Below, piece by piece: positions 63,301 to 64,000 of a stretch of 64,000 nt of DNA; within the stretch, counting starts at the first letter, position 1, and each line of letters starts with the position of its first letter. A program made the position numbers and the translations under genes. Origin of the DNA: Euglena gracilis (Eukaryota); assembly GCA_039621445.1 (NCBI GenBank), contig CP154954.1, positions 3,105,715 through 3,169,714 of the forward strand. Reading direction: 5' to 3'. The notes beneath the pieces were generated by a model. The model ran no database searches. It saw only the letters and a list, made by a program, of their open reading frames with translations, and was not told the DNA's origin.

Positions 63301-64000
63301 TTGCTCGTTTATCCAAAATGCGAGCTTAAATACGAGCTTAAATACGAGCTTAAATCTTCACAGTGTGTAAAAAATATGCCAGCATCACCCAGCATTTCTC
63401 AACATCTCCCATCCCAGCATCCCATCATCAGAAATGCTGCCATCCATCCCCATAATTTCCTGTTCAGCTTTGTTGGAGGGGCAATTAGCGCTTTTCCGTT
63501 TCCCGAATGCCTTTTCCTTTGTTTTTCTGTGTCGCCTTCAAGGACAAGCCAGCGTTTCAAAAACAAAATCTCTACAGTTTTGTGTATAGCACATGAATAA
63601 AAAACCACCCGGTGACAGAGTCAGGGGACCTGCTGTCGTCGCAAGCCATTGTGATGGAGAGAAGCCATTTCAAGTAAATAACAATATATAAGCTTAAAAT
63701 AATAAAATAAACTTGTTAGGCGGTCTGCGGCATTAATTATGGTTGAACTTGACCAATCCCGGGGAAGCGGGGTCTCGGAGTGAGTAGGCAGGCAGGCACT
63801 ACCCCTGAGGGGGTTCGGTGCTTGCCTAGTTGTGGGCCAAAAAAGTGTCCAAAAATGGGCTGTTCTAGGCCTCCACCGCCTTCGGAACGAGAAGTCCCCA
63901 TCAGTCAAATGTGGATACTTTTGGACAATTGCCCAACCCCCCGGGGGTCGGATCCGGGTGCCTTGGAGTGCCTGCCCAGGCTCCCCGGGTGGGTCGGCCT

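Overview
This is eukaryotic nuclear DNA, most consistent with a euglenid (inferred from GC3-rich exons joined by a mixture of GT-AG introns and non-conventional N3CAG...CTGN5 introns). Homopolymer-associated frameshifts suggest a long-read consensus with indel errors. The window has two compartments. (1) About 1.4-27.4 kb is a nested retroelement island. It is dominated by DIRS-type tyrosine-recombinase (YR) retrotransposons: one near-complete copy at 18364-26772 (ITRs, ICR, gag, RT/RNase H, Dam-like methyltransferase, YR), an older copy with a 2-kb internal inversion, a 576-bp mini-element with perfect ITRs and swapped termini, and many fragments. It also holds a Ty3/Gypsy RNase H-integrase remnant. 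(2) About 27.6-64 kb is host genic sequence, including a long minus-strand multi-exon gene (or genes) from ATG 63200 to a WW-domain exon ending at 36506. The most notable observation is that several CAG...CTG TIR elements there carry 8-bp target-site duplications (hAT-like). The euglenid non-conventional splice geometry (3 nt + 5 nt = 8 nt) would therefore remove the element plus exactly one TSD copy.
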